Shown piece after piece: positions 13,179-26,226 of a DNA stretch of 64,000 nucleotides; position 1 is the stretch's first letter, and each line of letters opens with the position of its first letter. The stretch is from Haliotis rufescens (Eukaryota). The notes under the pieces are model-generated. The model searched no databases. It had not been told where the DNA came from and saw nothing but the letters and a program-made list of their open reading frames with translations. The position numbers and the translations under genes were made by a program. The stretch is taken from assembly GCF_023055435.1 (NCBI RefSeq), contig NW_025963835.1, positions 27,466,001-27,530,000 on the forward strand. The letters are read 5' to 3'.

Positions 13179-13932
13179 ATCCAACAAAATAGTGGACGAC
13201 TCTGAAGTTGTAAAAAAATGTGGGGGGGAATGTCTGATGTATGGGTCTATTACTGATGAAGAACGCATGCAATATGTTGCGGTTAGTATCGCAATACAAG
13301 AATCATTATCGAAATAAATTGCAATGCGGAACACAGGCCAATACCCATCACTCTTGATATCCATCATGTGCAGCACCAGTAAACCAAAATGCCTCTACCT
13401 ATCAATAACAAGGATGAATCACAATACCGACGCTGAGGAAAACAGCTGCACCTCCATAAAACACAACCCCAATTTGTTTTTGTGTTTTCTCCATTCACAA
13501 TAACACAGATCATCCAGGATTGAGTATGACCGTTTCCCCAGGCCCAGGTTCTCTGTGGCTGCCAGTGGCAAGGTGCTCAGATCAGCCCTTGCTTGCCAAG
13601 TCATCTATTCCCATGTCCTCTGTAATTGGTAATGGAGACAAACAGCACCCTTGAACTTTGTGTAATGTGGTTGGGTGTCAATTAGCGCTACTTTCTTCTA
13701 CATAGCGTCACTAACGATGACAGGTCGCTGGAAATATACCATTTTCAGACCTCGTGGACACAGATACCAAATAACTCCAGGCTGAACAGCAAATGGAGGA
13801 AGCAATTAATTCATAAATATCTCTGATACACATAAGTCCTTGAGGAGACAATGGGCTGTCAGTTGGCCGATCTGTGGCCTGGGCAGACACAGACCTGCTG
13901 GACCAGCTCACCATTATCAGTGATCTCAAAAG

Positions 13933-14106
13933 CAGTGATAGAAACTATCATGTTTGGTCCACTAGTCCTTATAATGATAACATATAGAAAAACCCTTAAA
14001 AATGGCAAATTTCTACTGGTACTTGTGACACCTTAACTTTTGGGCAGTTTGACAGTAGACAGTTTGACAGTTTGGGCAGTAGAACAAGTGCCAATTTCTA
14101 CCACTG
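13933..14106. mobile_element. Short MITE, CAG..TAGAAA family
   Basis: Homologous to the 52628 and 63041 copies; flanks AAAAG/AAAAT. Confidence 0.7.
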
Positions 14107-14439
14107 AAAATACTATAAAGTGTAGTTGCTTTTTCAAAATGAACATTTGACAAATATTATTGTCAGCCTTCATATCATCTCTGAAATCTCAAAGAAGTTT
14201 GTTGTTAACTCAGTAATCCGCAACACTCCAGCTGCTGACGTCAGCCGGTAAATGAAATTATCTGAATCACACAATTCAGTGAATGATATTGTGAGCAACA
14301 ATTCATGGCATTGAGGTCATATGACACAGAAGTCAAGGTAAAACACTGATGGAATATTAGAAGTTTCAAAATTTATATCCAGAGGCCTGCTTAGGCATTT
14401 GTCCAAAGCTGAAGCATAATCTGATTCTCACAAAACAAA

Positions 14440-14785
14440 ACCTGGAGTCCTAGGATGGGTGACCGTGTTTGGCAGCTTGGCTCCTGAGAGTTTCAAGGGC
14501 CTAGGTCCTGCCCGATACTGAAGCAGCATGTTGCACATCTGGTGTCCCTTAGGCAAGTGACTTTCTAAAAAATATGCCTCTATTCACCCAGCCGTGAATG
14601 GGTACCCAGTAGGATGAGATGTCATGTGAATGGTTCTAGCCGACAGGCAGATTGGGTTGTATACTCCCTATGAAGCTGAGAATTGATAATGGACTGCCCA
14701 CTGATCCACTGACCGGGGTAATAATGCAGCGCCTTGAGCAGACATTGTGTAGGAAGTTGTGCACTTTACAAGCGGATTATTATCA
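14440..14785 (+). mobile_element. Old SINE with a CORE/Nin-like central domain and an L2-type 3' tail (family E)
   Basis: GTGTCCCTTAGGCAAG..CACCCAGCCGTGAATGGGTACC; GCGCCTTGAG...ATTATTAT end. Confidence 0.55.
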
Positions 14786-15028
14786 GCATTGATATAGTTT
14801 CATGGATATTTTCAATAAAAATGGAATGTTGAAGAAGATTATTTACAATTAGCATTTAGCTTCGGCAGATCACAACACAGACATCACTGCTTCAATCGTT
14901 TTCTTACACACCAACCAAGACAAGTATCAAATTTCAATTCCAGATCATCTAGGGCAACTTAATATCAGTTGTTTCACATTTTTATTTCACATCAAAACTC
15001 ATTCAGTTTCAGAGCTGCAGCAACGTAA

Positions 15029-15379
15029 GGCCACATTTTTATTTTTCGTTTCACGGGCCTGCTCCCCATACCGAAAAGCAGCAGGAAAAGAAATAATTGA
15101 AACATAAAAATATTTATTTTTATTATGTGTCCCACCAGTGATAAAGACCGGGCTGACCCTCTTATAAAACATAAAATGTCACATATCAATTCCATGTCTA
15201 CATCACTATCAGTGTTTCAAGAAGACAGCTTCAGTTGAACTCCATGGCAGAATGACTTCCAAATAAATATATAAATAATTGACACAGCTATTTATTTTTA
15301 ATTTTATTGTTATTTCGACCTACGTTGTGTGGAAAAGTTTGAATAATTCCGTGAAACATAAGATTAAAAAAGTGTGGCC
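15029..15379. mobile_element. PIF/Harbinger-like MITE
   Basis: About 30-bp imperfect TIRs GGCCACA...GTTTCACGG; TAA/TGA flanks. Confidence 0.6.
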
Positions 15380-15939
15380 TGATGAATAAAAAACCCCAGT
15401 AACACTGCAGTTGCACTGCCCTTTCAGTGCCTGTTAATTTCTTTCAAGTCTTATCAAGTGTTACGCTAGTTTTTATCCGGGAAGCCTGTGTTATTTCAAG
15501 ATACAATCAGAGTACAACACTTTATTACTTCAGCCACAGACATGTGAAGGCAAAAGGCTTCTCCGATCCTTGGGTAACCTGCTGCCTATTGTCACAGGCT
15601 AAGCCTAAGGAGCCCTCTGATGGATAGTTCCCTTGACTGCCTTCATGCCAGTCTCATAATTGTAATCACCCAACGACTGATCACAAGATGGTATTTTTTA
15701 CAAAACATGTTCCTGGTAGGTCAGAGCGGATGGAGTTAATCAGCAAGATGCAGTATTACCAAGCCAGACAAGCTTTGATACAGAAATGATAGAGCCTTTC
15801 TCTTGCTGTATTGATTTCATGAACCTGTAGCAAAGCCAATTAATCCAGTGGAAATACATTGTGAGATGTAAACAGTTGTTAGGTTGATTGCATGTCACTG
15901 ACCTTGTATTGTAAGGGTTATCATAGAAAGTGGGAGTAC

Positions 15940-16510
15940 CATTGATGAAGTAGGGGCTTGTTCATATAATTGTCACATGTACCGTAAAGAAAGCGGGCAT
16001 CTTGGGTCATCATACAATGGGTGGGTCATCTTTGATGAAGAAGGTGGTTGTTACTGTCACATGAATAGTGAAGAAAGACAGGATTTTGGGTCATCATACA
16101 AAGGGTGGGTCATCTTTGATGAAGCAGGTGCTTGTTACTGTCACATGAACAGTGAAGAAAGACAGGATTTTGGGCCATCATACAAAGGGTGGGTCATCTT
16201 TGATGAAGCAGGTGCTTGTTACTCTCACATGAACAGTGAAGAAAGATGGGATCTTGGGTCATCATACAAAGGGTGGGTCATCTTTGATGAAGCAGGTGCT
16301 TGTTACTATAACCAGCGCGAGAAATCAGCACTAGTCAGCTTTATTGAATATATTGAATAATGTTATCATTTTAAGGACTAGTGGACTCAACATGTTAGTT
16401 TCTATCACTGTGTTACATGAAGAGTGAAGACGATGGAGTCTCATGTAATCTTATGGGGCCATCACTGAGGAAGCAGGTGCTTGTTACTGACAAATGAACA
16501 GTGAAAAAAG
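15940..16510. repeat. 84-bp tandem repeat (about 4.5 copies plus a displaced remnant)
   Basis: GGGTCATCATACAA recurs every 84 bp. Confidence 0.9.
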
Positions 16511-16615
16511 ATAATGTCCAGGGTTAACAATCATCAATATTGTTTGAATATTGATGACTGCGCTGTTTCACTAATTTACTATTGAATAAAAAAATAGGGG
16601 AAGAAATATGTTGGA

Positions 16616-16868
16616 TTTGTTTGTTTTTGTATTTGTTTTGTTGTTTAACGCTGCGCACAGCAATATTCCAGCTATATGATGGTGGTCTGTAAATATTCAA
16701 ATCTGGACCAGACAATCCAGTGATTAATATCATGAGCATCGATCCACGCAATTGGGATCGATGACATGCATCAACCAAGTCAGTGAGCCCGACCACCCGA
16801 TCCTGTTAGTCGCCTTATGACAAGCATGGGTTGCTGAGGCCCTATTCTACCCCGGATCTTCACAGGTC
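16616..16868 (-). mobile_element. Retroposon family B, single module
   Basis: Full-length; TSD about GAAA.ATGTTGGA. Confidence 0.88.
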
Positions 16869-17497
16869 GAAAAATGTTGGAGCTTGTGGACCTGCAAGAA
16901 TCACCCTAAAGGCAAGTTCACAGCCAGGGATCCAGGTACATTCTGGAGCCAGTGAGCATGCTGAGAATACAGCTTGAACTATGCTTGAAATGCTCTTTCC
17001 TCTGAAAATTTGTGTATTACTCACTGCAGTAGAGTCCATGTATACGTGATGCCTCAAATCGGTCAGCAAATAAACATCTGTGAAGAAATACTTAAATGCA
17101 AGCTGAAATAGTTACATTGGGTATTACTGCACAGTGCAGTTATTTTATTTAACAACCAGTTTCCTGCATTTTTGTATGCAAGCAACTCAAAACGAATTGA
17201 GTAACTGTGATTTGACTTTGCATATTTTACCAGATGTGCAGGTTATCTGGAGCTCCACACAGCAGAGACAAGTTCCCAGCCCAGCAACAGTGATGGCGAG
17301 GGATGTCTTGCAGGGACACAGCAGGAAATGGCAAATGTCAGCTAAGATGTAGTACAAATTGATTCTTTTTCATATGTCTAGATGAGTGAAGAGATTCCCA
17401 TGATTACAACACACCTTCAGCATCTCTTGAGATGTCACATGACAGTAGGTCCTTGCTCCAAGGTAGCATCACGTAAAGATTGTCTCACCTCAAAACA

Positions 17498-17661
17498 AGA
17501 GTGAGTGAGTATGGTTTTACGCTATTTTTTAGCAATATTCCAGCAATATCACATCTGGGGATACCAGAATTGGGCTTCACACATTGTACCCATGTCGGGA
17601 ATCAAACCAAGTCTTTGGCGTAACGAGCCAACGCTTTAACCACTGGGCTACTCGACTGCCC
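17498..17661 (-). mobile_element. SINE family A
   Basis: TSD CCTCAAAACAAGAGT. Confidence 0.9.
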
Positions 17662-17666
17662 CCTCA

Positions 17667-18200
17667 AAACAAGAGTCATCAGGAGATGACATATACCCGA
17701 ACCACCCACCCCACTTCCAACTTGTCATCATGAAAACATAAAAAATATATAAAAAATAAATCATCAAAAGGCACCAGTTCACCACTAGACTGATCTGTAT
17801 AGCAAGTGACATCATGAAATATGTACTATTTTTCAGAGAATACATATTTTCAGTATAGGTCCAGATTTCGTCATGACAAAAAAAAAAAAAAAAAAAAAAA
17901 AAATTCAAAATCCCTGATCACCAAAGGACACCAGTTCACCACTAGACTGATCTATATGGTAAGTTTCAAAAAGAAATATTAAACGGTTTTGAAGTTCTGC
18001 TAAGGAAACGAATCCACCCCTTTTAAGTCCAAATCGATTCCAAGGATACCAAGAAAAAACAAAACAAAAAACAAACAACATCTGCAAATAGCAAAAAGTA
18101 CCACTTAATATATCTGCTTGTTTGATATATCTGCCAATTTTTGGTGAAAAATATTGAATGTTTTCTTAGTTGTCCTCTGAAAACGAAATCCACGCCCTTA
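17667..18200 (+). mobile_element. Possible non-autonomous Helentron/HINE-like element with internal direct repeats
   Basis: AACAAGAG start; duplicated CACCAGTTCACCACTAGACTGATCT and AAACGAA(A)TCCAC blocks; the class assignment is inference. Confidence 0.3.
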
Positions 18201-18615
18201 TTTGACCAAACAATGAGGAGATTAAAGAATATCAGAGCAGGGACACCAAAAATGTGCCTCACATATTTTAACCGCTGGGGATTCAGACCTGGGATTTTGG
18301 CGTGACGAGCACAGCCTTCACCACAAGGTTATCCACACTTCTTGTTACACCTGATTCAGAATGGGACCAGTGTAGGCTGATATGTCTAAGTAGGGGATGA
18401 GGGATTGAATTTGATCATGGAAGCTGTTTCATACATCTATGCTCTGGGGACTGTAAGATTACGGTATCCATTATTTCCTCTGAAAATACAGATAAAGCAT
18501 TTTTTTTTAACTAAAGTTCCTATTTAACATTTTCTAAAATGAATGATTCACGGTCAATATTGCTGATTTAAATAAGACAAAATTCTAGTCTTTGAAAGGC
18601 ATTTAGAAGTGATAC

Positions 18616-18751
18616 ACATAAGGAAGAGAATTTATGGATGTCAACTTCTTTATTATGAGGAATATGTTTCGGAGTATATACTTACTCCTTCATTCACCAA
18701 AACGTTCCTCATAAAAAGGAAATTGACATCCATAAATTCTCTTTCCCATGT
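18616..18751. mobile_element. Short palindromic MITE / fold-back element
   Basis: AGAGAATTTATGGATGTCAA..TTATGAGGAA arms in inverted orientation. Confidence 0.6.
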
Positions 18752-20186
18752 TCTAGTTGACGACAGCAGCACCTAACAACTCGGAACCCTCGTACCTGGG
18801 CCTTGAAGTCCCTGCAAATGAGGCTCTCTTTGAAATCACATGATAACAGTTTGAGAGCACAGCACTTTTAGGACTTAGCGAACAAACAGCAATTACTGTT
18901 GTGAAATATCCAATAATTTTGATTTATCTAGGGAGACGCACTTGAGAGGCCTGTCAGACAGGAGAAAACTGCATTTGTTAAATCCATCTGACCAAACTCA
19001 GTAGACAATACCCAACCAAAACCGAAGGACTTTTTCCTAAAAAAGTCATTTCTCCAGAACAAACTAAGTTCATCAAAGCATTGCACAGGATGGCTTTGAC
19101 ATTTTACGAAAATAATTTACTTTGGAGGTCCCCGGTCCACTGCTCAGACAGTGCTAATCAGCTTATCGTAAACTAAATGTGTCTCGTAAAAACATTGGCG
19201 AGTTTCTCAGTGGAAATTGCCATCTCCAGTACAGAAAACTCATCCATGGTAGAGATGGGGAGTGGGAACCGTTTAAAGTAGACACACGCATTAGACATAC
19301 ACCTAATCAGTACATCAGGATAACCTTTTAACAATCACGGAAGGGACAGTATCACTTCTTGTGCATTTGTCACCCCCAACAAGACATAGCCCCTCCCTTG
19401 GGAACAAAAAATTGGTCTGAGTAATCTAAAGAAGACATACAAATTCTCGTACAATAATTGAGAAAGTGTGCTGTCGATGCAATGACGCAAGTTGTGACCT
19501 TGGCCTTTCAGCTGCTTGTCAAGAAATTAATCGGCATCTGTCCATGAGGTTGTCCAATAATAAGAGCCGTCGGTCATATGGTAATGACACAGACCTGGTC
19601 ACTTTAGACTCGACAGAGTCAAGTAATGAGAATGGTAAACTACTTCCAGTATGGCTTAATCTCTTTCAGGGAAGTATGTCTTTCAAACATCACTTGATCT
19701 CACATGACACAGGAAGACGTTCTTGAGGCATTAATATTGCCAGAAACTGTTTTTTGGTACAATGTATTTTCTCGACAACTGATGGGGTGTAGTATGGAGT
19801 TTGTTTGTTTGTTTGTTTGTTTGTTTGTTTGTTGTTTAACGCCATACTCAGCAATATTCCAGCTATGTGAATATATTTACTCCTTGAATATTGGCTGTCA
19901 CAAGCTTAGCTAACTTGACCAAAATTTATGTCATTAGACTCGGGCTACAAAATTTTCACTCCCTTGACTTGATCTTCTGACCAATGCCCCTGCTGGGATC
20001 TGGGATAGGCTGGGTTCATAGCAACCTTACATGGCTTAAATCGGTGGAGATTCTGGGTAAGAATTGGTCCCCAGCAACACACTCTGGTCGTAAGATATGA
20101 CCAAATGGATCGGGTGGTCAGTCTTGGTGATTTGGTTGAGTGGGTGTCCTCGTACCCTGATGGTGTGGATCGTTGCTTACAATATT

Positions 20187-20597
20187 CAGCATTAGAAATT
20201 GGCACTAGTCCTATAGATCTTGCAAAAGTGCCCAATATTTAAGATATCATAGAAGGAGTAGAAATTAGACATTTTAAAGTTTCCTTTTCTGTTGTTTAAC
20301 GCCGCACTCAGCAATATTCCAGCTATACGACGGCGGTCTGTAAATAATATCGTCTGGACCAGACAATCCAGTGATTGACATCATGAGCATCGATCTATGC
20401 AATTGGAATTCAATGACATGCATCAAACAAGTCAGCAAGCCTGACCACCCAATCCTGATAGTTGCCTCTTACGACAAGCATAGTCGCCTTTTTACGGCAC
20501 GCATGGATTGGTGAAGACCCATTCTACCCCGCATCTTCACGGGTCGCCATTTTTAAGGTTTTGCTACATGTTATCATTACAAGGACTAGTAGACTAA
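20187..20597. mobile_element. Same MITE family, interrupted by a family-B retroposon; right end lost
   Basis: CAGCATTAGAAATTGGCACTAGTCC start; colinear with the 63041 copy. Confidence 0.65.
20288..20545 (-). mobile_element. Retroposon family B nested in a MITE
   Basis: Full-length; imperfect TSD CATTTT(T)AA(A/G)GTTT. Confidence 0.88.
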
Positions 20598-20812
20598 TAC
20601 ATGGAAACGGGGAGATACAACACCATACATGGAAATAGGTGATATAACACCATACATGGAAATAGGCGATATAACACCATACATGGAAATAGGGGATATA
20701 ATGCTATTTATTGAAACAGGTGTGATACAATGCAATACAAGGAAACAGGTATGATATAAAGCCATACATGGAAATGGGCGAAATAACATCATACATGACG
20801 CCATACATGGAT
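20598..20812. repeat. 27-bp minisatellite
   Basis: CCATACATGGAAATAGGTGATATAACA. Confidence 0.85.
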
Positions 20813-21263
20813 ATATATTGCCTTAAAGCTGGCTTGTACACCTCTGACCTTTAAAGCTATACCTGCAATTCAACACTCCTCTCATTTACTTTAAATACAT
20901 CTACATACTGAGGCAGGCTATTTTATTTCAGTGACATTGAATGTGATGAGAGACTTGTGTGGTCAGGTGACATGACATCACAGCTCCAAATCAATGGGGC
21001 ACAACACACACAGCACTGGCATGTTAAATGTCATATCACTCACGTTGCAGGAGATAACGTTTTACCACATGGCTACAAATAGGATTCCAGTTAAAACCTA
21101 GTGATACAATTTTAAACCGTAATCAAATAACTATTCCGTTATGTTTCTGCAAGTCTGTGGAGGAATTGTAATTGAGTTAGGCTCCTTCCACATGAATAAA
21201 ACCGAGCTGGTGCTGACCATGTTGCCCCGACTCAGCCATTAGGATCTCAATCAGCTCCATCCA

Positions 21264-22283
21264 CTGTTGTTTATGACTAGTTTGCCATCGTTGTTTATGA
21301 ACATTTCTCCAGTGTTGTATCTGACTAGTTCTCCGGTGTTGTTTATGGCAAGTTCTCCAGTGTTGTATGTGACTAGTTCTCCAGTGTTGTTTATGGCTAG
21401 TTCTCCAGTGTTTAAGACTAGTTCTCTGTGTTGTTTAAGACTAGTTCTCTGTGTTGTTTAAGACTAGTTCTCTGTGTTGTTTATGGCTAGTTCTCCAGTG
21501 TTGTATCTGACTAGTTCTCCGGTGTTGTTTATGGCAAGTTCTCCAGTGTTGTATGTGACTAGTTCTCCAGTGTTGTTTATGGCTAGTTCTCCAGTGTTTA
21601 AGACTAGTTCTCTGTGTTGTTAAAGACTAGTTCTCTGTGTTGTTTATGGCTAATTATCCAGTGTTGTTTATGGCTAGTTATCCAGTGTTGTTTATGGCAA
21701 GTTCTCCAGTGTTGTTTATGGCAAGTTCTCCAGTGTTGTTTATGGCAAGTTCTCTAGTGTTGTTTATGCCTAGTTCTCCACTGTTGTTTATGGCTAGTTC
21801 TCTGTGTTGTTTAAGACTAGTTCTCTGTGTTGTTTATGGCTAGTTATCCAGTGTTGTTTATGGCTAGTTATCCAGTGTTGTTTATGGCAAGTTCTCCAGT
21901 GTTGTTTATGGCAAGTTCTCCAGTGTTGTTTATGGCTAGTTCTCTAGTGTTGTTTATGCCTAGTTCTCGACTGTTGTTTAAGACTAGTTCTCTGTGTTGT
22001 TTAAGACTAGTTCTCTGTGTTGTTTATGGCTAGTTATCCAGTGTTGTTTATGGCTAGTTATCCAGTGTTGTTTATGGCAAGTTCTCCAGTGTTGTTTATG
22101 GCAAGTTCTCCAGTGTTGTATATGGCAAGTTCTCCAGTGTTGTTTATGGCAAGTTCTCCAGTGTTGTTTATGGCTAGTTCTCCAGTGTTGTTTATGGCTA
22201 GTTCTCTAGTGTTGTTTATGCCTAGTTCTCCACTGTTGTTTATGGCTAGTTATACAATGTTGTTTATGGCTAGTTATACAGTA
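21264..22283. repeat. 23/24-bp minisatellite with an approximately 190-bp higher-order repeat
   Basis: GTGTTGTTTATGGCTAGTTCTCCA variants in a recurring order. Confidence 0.95.
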
Positions 22284-22957
22284 TTATATATAAACAGTTT
22301 TCTTGTGTTGCATAACGTAGAACTAGTTCATCAGTATTTGCTTTTTTGCCGTAATACAAAGTTTCACGTTTTTACAGGATATGTGTTGAGGGATCCTGCC
22401 GAAAGTTTGGTTCCATAAAACTTCCAAACAAGACACATAGTTCATGGCACCTTGGTGTGGCATATTTCTGTGTCTTGTGCCATGTTCACAATGGCTCATT
22501 TAGAGAATATCTACAAGCAATCACCGATGTTGTGAGCCTTGGTGAGGGAATTTCAACATCATCATTCCATATTTTACTCAGTCTTTTCTCGTTGAGAAAG
22601 TGAAGAACAAAAAGTGTTTCCTGAGCACATGGGAGAATAATTTTAGTCAATCAATTGTTGGAATGTATGAACAGTGGATGTCATTGTCTTCATTTATTTC
22701 ATGGCGCTACTGTTCGCTTTGCAAACAATGTAAACAATGGAACAACATGAACAATGGCATGAAAGTGTGTGAATTAGCCAATCCGCCAGTGTTACCACTG
22801 GCTCGTGAAACTGCCAGTTCTGTTGGACTGATAACTCTAAAAATTTATTTGCCTCCACAGGGACTGGCAGTCACATGAATTACCAGTCCAAGCCTAATTT
22901 TATGGGTAGAAAACTGGTAAATACCGGTAAATGGGAACACTGCAATCCGCATGAAGA

Positions 22958-23231
22958 AGAGTGAGAATGATTGAGGGATTGAGTTGGGTTTTAAATGCCA
23001 CTTTTAACAGTATTCAGTTATATCACTGCATGTCAGCTTAATGTGTGAGGAAAGCCCAAAGTGATACAGGTCTCCGACGTTTACCACTTTGATGAAACCC
23101 AGGACAAACCTAGAAACAAAATCAGAGCGAACTAGGTCGAACCCATAATCATAAGTCTTGGTCAAACCCATGGGAGGTAACTCTGCACAACTAATTGTGG
23201 TGCCTCAGACGACTTGGCCACCTGTGCCCCC
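22958..23231 (-). mobile_element. SINE family D (other partial copies at 37436-37630 and 49101-49200)
   Basis: Colinear with 43643-43914. Confidence 0.78.
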
Positions 23232-23336
23232 AGCATGTAGAAAAACTTGTAATAGTGAAAATTACGGAACTTAATTGCACCAATATCCTTGCCTGTTTGA
23301 GCAATATAAAACATTATTATAAGAAACATTACATAC

Positions 23337-23544
23337 CTGGGCATAAGGGTCTGTTCTGTAGATCCCAGGGTAAGGGTGTGTACCTGATCCCATCCCAGCG
23401 TATCGGGGTGCTGACTGTTCCTGGGGGTAGGCATACGCTCCCTGGGTGCTGCTGGGCCCCCCACGCTGTATGTGGTGGGGGGACGAGGGGCGGACACGCT
23501 TGTATGGGGACGAGGCATCATGGGGAGGAGGCCCACTTAACCCC
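23337..23544 (-). CDS. Internal coding exon GLSGPPPHDASSPYKRVRPSSPHHIQRGGPSSTQGAYAYPQEQSAPRYAGMGSGTHPYPGIYRTDPYAQ; possibly NCoR/SMRT N-terminus
   Basis: GC-rich 208-nt block in AT-rich DNA; ttctttttcgttgcag acceptor and CAG|GTATGT donor; open in phase 2 to 0. QGAY..QEQSAPRY is weakly like NCOR1 NQGAFSTEQSRY, so gene identity is only about 0.4. Confidence 0.8.
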
Positions 23545-23722
23545 CTGCAACGAAAAAGAATATTGTGTCAAGTAGGAACTTATTAACAAGGGATTAATCT
23601 AGGATTTGAATTTAATGCCTTTGGAAGGCAAAGTGGGAAAACAAGTCATTAGTCTTGGTTTTTAAAAAATTCTTATTGTCTGGAACTAAGAGACTGCATT
23701 CAATGCAATGACTCAAAACTAA

Positions 23723-23977
23723 GTTTTGTTTGTTTATTTGTTGTTTAACGCCGCATTCAGCAATAGTCCAGCTATATGACGGCGGTCTGAAAATAATCGA
23801 GTCTGGACCAGACAATCCAGTGACTGACATCATGAGCATCGATCCACGCTATTGGGATCGATAACATGCATCATCCAAGTCAGCGAGCCTAACCACCCAA
23901 ACCCGTTAGTCACCTTTTACGACAAGCATAGTCGCCTTTTACGGCAAGCATGGATTGCTGAAGACCTATTCTAACCC
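23723..23977 (-). mobile_element. Retroposon family B
   Basis: Family B body, double module. Confidence 0.88.
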
Positions 23978-25392
23978 TATACCATTACTGGTCCTGTTAA
24001 CAGTGATAACATTAGTTGAATACTACGAGTTGGGAAATGTTTTATTCCAAGTTTAGAATATATATAAATTTGTTGCAGACTTGGAGCTAAATATCGGCCT
24101 CTGAGCAGGTGTCGATATAAATAACATTTATTACAGTTGAAATTCATCCTGTTTGACAGATACCATTGTTATGAAGCAGTCAATCCAACTGAGACCCCAA
24201 TATCACTCAGACATGGGAAGTCATTTTTGCATTACATCTGTAACCATGGCAACACCCTTGTCATGGTAACATTATCCAAATCAAGGTCTTACAACAGCCT
24301 ATTTCCATGGCTGAGGAGAAGTTTTTATAAAAGAGAAATTCCCGCTTTTATGATAAACCTAAGTATGAAAAGTACAACAGTTTTCAGACATATTATGGCA
24401 TTATTTGGGATTTTAATTAAAAGCCTGTGGCAAGAAAATTTTGAAAAAAAAAAAAATTGTACAAAATTGGGAAAAGTGTAAGACCTTATTTTTTAATCTT
24501 TTTTAAGAAATTGCATTGACATCAGAATCAATATGAATGCCTCTTTCTCCTGTTATCAATGAATAAATAAAACACAGGTAAGCCAAGCAAAGCTAAAACA
24601 TTAGTCACAATGACATACCACTCAAAAGAAGTTAAGGGCCACTTGATTCTTTCACATTACCTTAGTTAATCATGCCATGGCAGATTCCCTATAGCCAAAT
24701 GAAAGAGTTGGGTGCTTCTTAACATCTTAGAGTAGAATAATAACCCTGGATTGTGATTGGTTATTCCATCTGTGGAGTTTAACCAACAATGCTGAAGACA
24801 TGTGCGAAACATGGGACTCGGAGAGCACCTTGTAAATGTCTTAAATTAGAGTGTTCACTGCAAGTGCTTCCTATGTGTCCTTGAGGCTTCTAGCTGTAGA
24901 CAGCATAAACAAGGGCAATGTTGTCTAGTTCTCAACATGTACCAAGCTCAGATAAATCAATGTCATGCAATTTCTTAAAGAAATGCCTCCAAGCTCACTT
25001 TAAAAATGAAATAAAAATTAGGATCGAAAACCCAAAATGACTTTTCATTGTTCCGTTTATAGAACCTTCAGTGATGTTTTTGTCCTAACCATCCATGTTG
25101 GGTTGGAGCAAATAAATGATAAATAAGGAAAATAGGCTGCCTTTTCTCTTTCATAATCATTTAAAACTGCTTGTCTCCTTATATTGTCAACATCCGCAGC
25201 TAGACTTAATCTAATCAATACCTTTTACAACAACACTCCGATCTTTTTCACTCAAGATGCAGAAGAGATAAGATGTTGGAACAGAGACACAGTGGTTAAA
25301 TCATCTGGGTGCAAAACCTAGGTATGTCATAGACTCATACAACACTGATTCAGCAAAAATAAAGCTCAGACTTTATTGCAATAAACAAGGGA

Positions 25393-25652
25393 TTTGTTTG
25401 TTGTTTTAAGCCACACTCAGCAATATTCAAGCTATATGACAGCAGTATGTAAATAATTGTGTCTGGATCAGACAATCCAGTGATTGACATCATGAGCATC
25501 GATCCACGCAATAGGGATATGATGACACGCATCTATCAAGTCAGGGAGCCTGACCACCCAATCCAGTTAGTCGCCTCTTGCAACAAGCACAGTCGCCTTT
25601 TACGGCAAGTATGGGTTGCTGAAGATCTATTCTACCCCGGATCTTCACTGGG
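25393..25652 (-). mobile_element. Retroposon family B (an older fragment follows to about 25760)
   Basis: Family B body. Confidence 0.88.
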
Positions 25653-25803
25653 ATATGATAACATGAATCCTCCAAGACACCAAGCCTGACCACCGGATCC
25701 ATTCAGTTTCCTCAAACAACAGGCATAATTTGCTGGAGACCCATTTTATCCAGAAACCCACTGTAAATATTCAAGTCACTGGAAAAACCAGTGATTGAAA
25801 GTA

Positions 25804-26138
25804 CCGTATTTGACATAATAAGCGCCCAGGGCACTCTCAAAATTAGAAATAGGGGGCTCTTATTAGAATATTATTTTGGTGAAAAAAAACAGAGTTGAAA
25901 GATAAGTTTCGTGGTTTATGCTGACAGCCTGAGATGTTTATATACGACTGATATATTTTTCCAGAATTTAATTGTCCATAATTAAGGGTGCATATAACAC
26001 ACGAGTGCGTAATAAATAAGTCTTTTGTACATTGATCAATCGGAAGGGGTGCTAATTGGGATTGTTCACTAGCCAATATATCAGCAAATATCTCTGTGGG
26101 CGCATATTCGAGAGGGGCGCTTATTACGTCGAATATGG
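25804..26138. mobile_element. pogo-like MITE, copy 1 (inverted relative to copies 2 and 3)
   Basis: TIR CCGTATTYGACGTAATAAGCGCCC, TA TSD; three homologous copies in the window. Confidence 0.85.
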
Positions 26139-26226
26139 TATTAGCAACAACTCACACCGTCAGGTAAGAGTCACCTAGCCTGACCACCTGATCCATGAAG
26201 TCACGTCACTTCATACAACAAGCACA

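Noticed and set aside
23162-23536. Track ORF MGLLPMMPRPHTSV... as the product of the GC-rich exon
   Set aside because: It is an alternative frame. The frame compatible with both upstream phase-2 donors is GLSGPPPHDASSPYKR.
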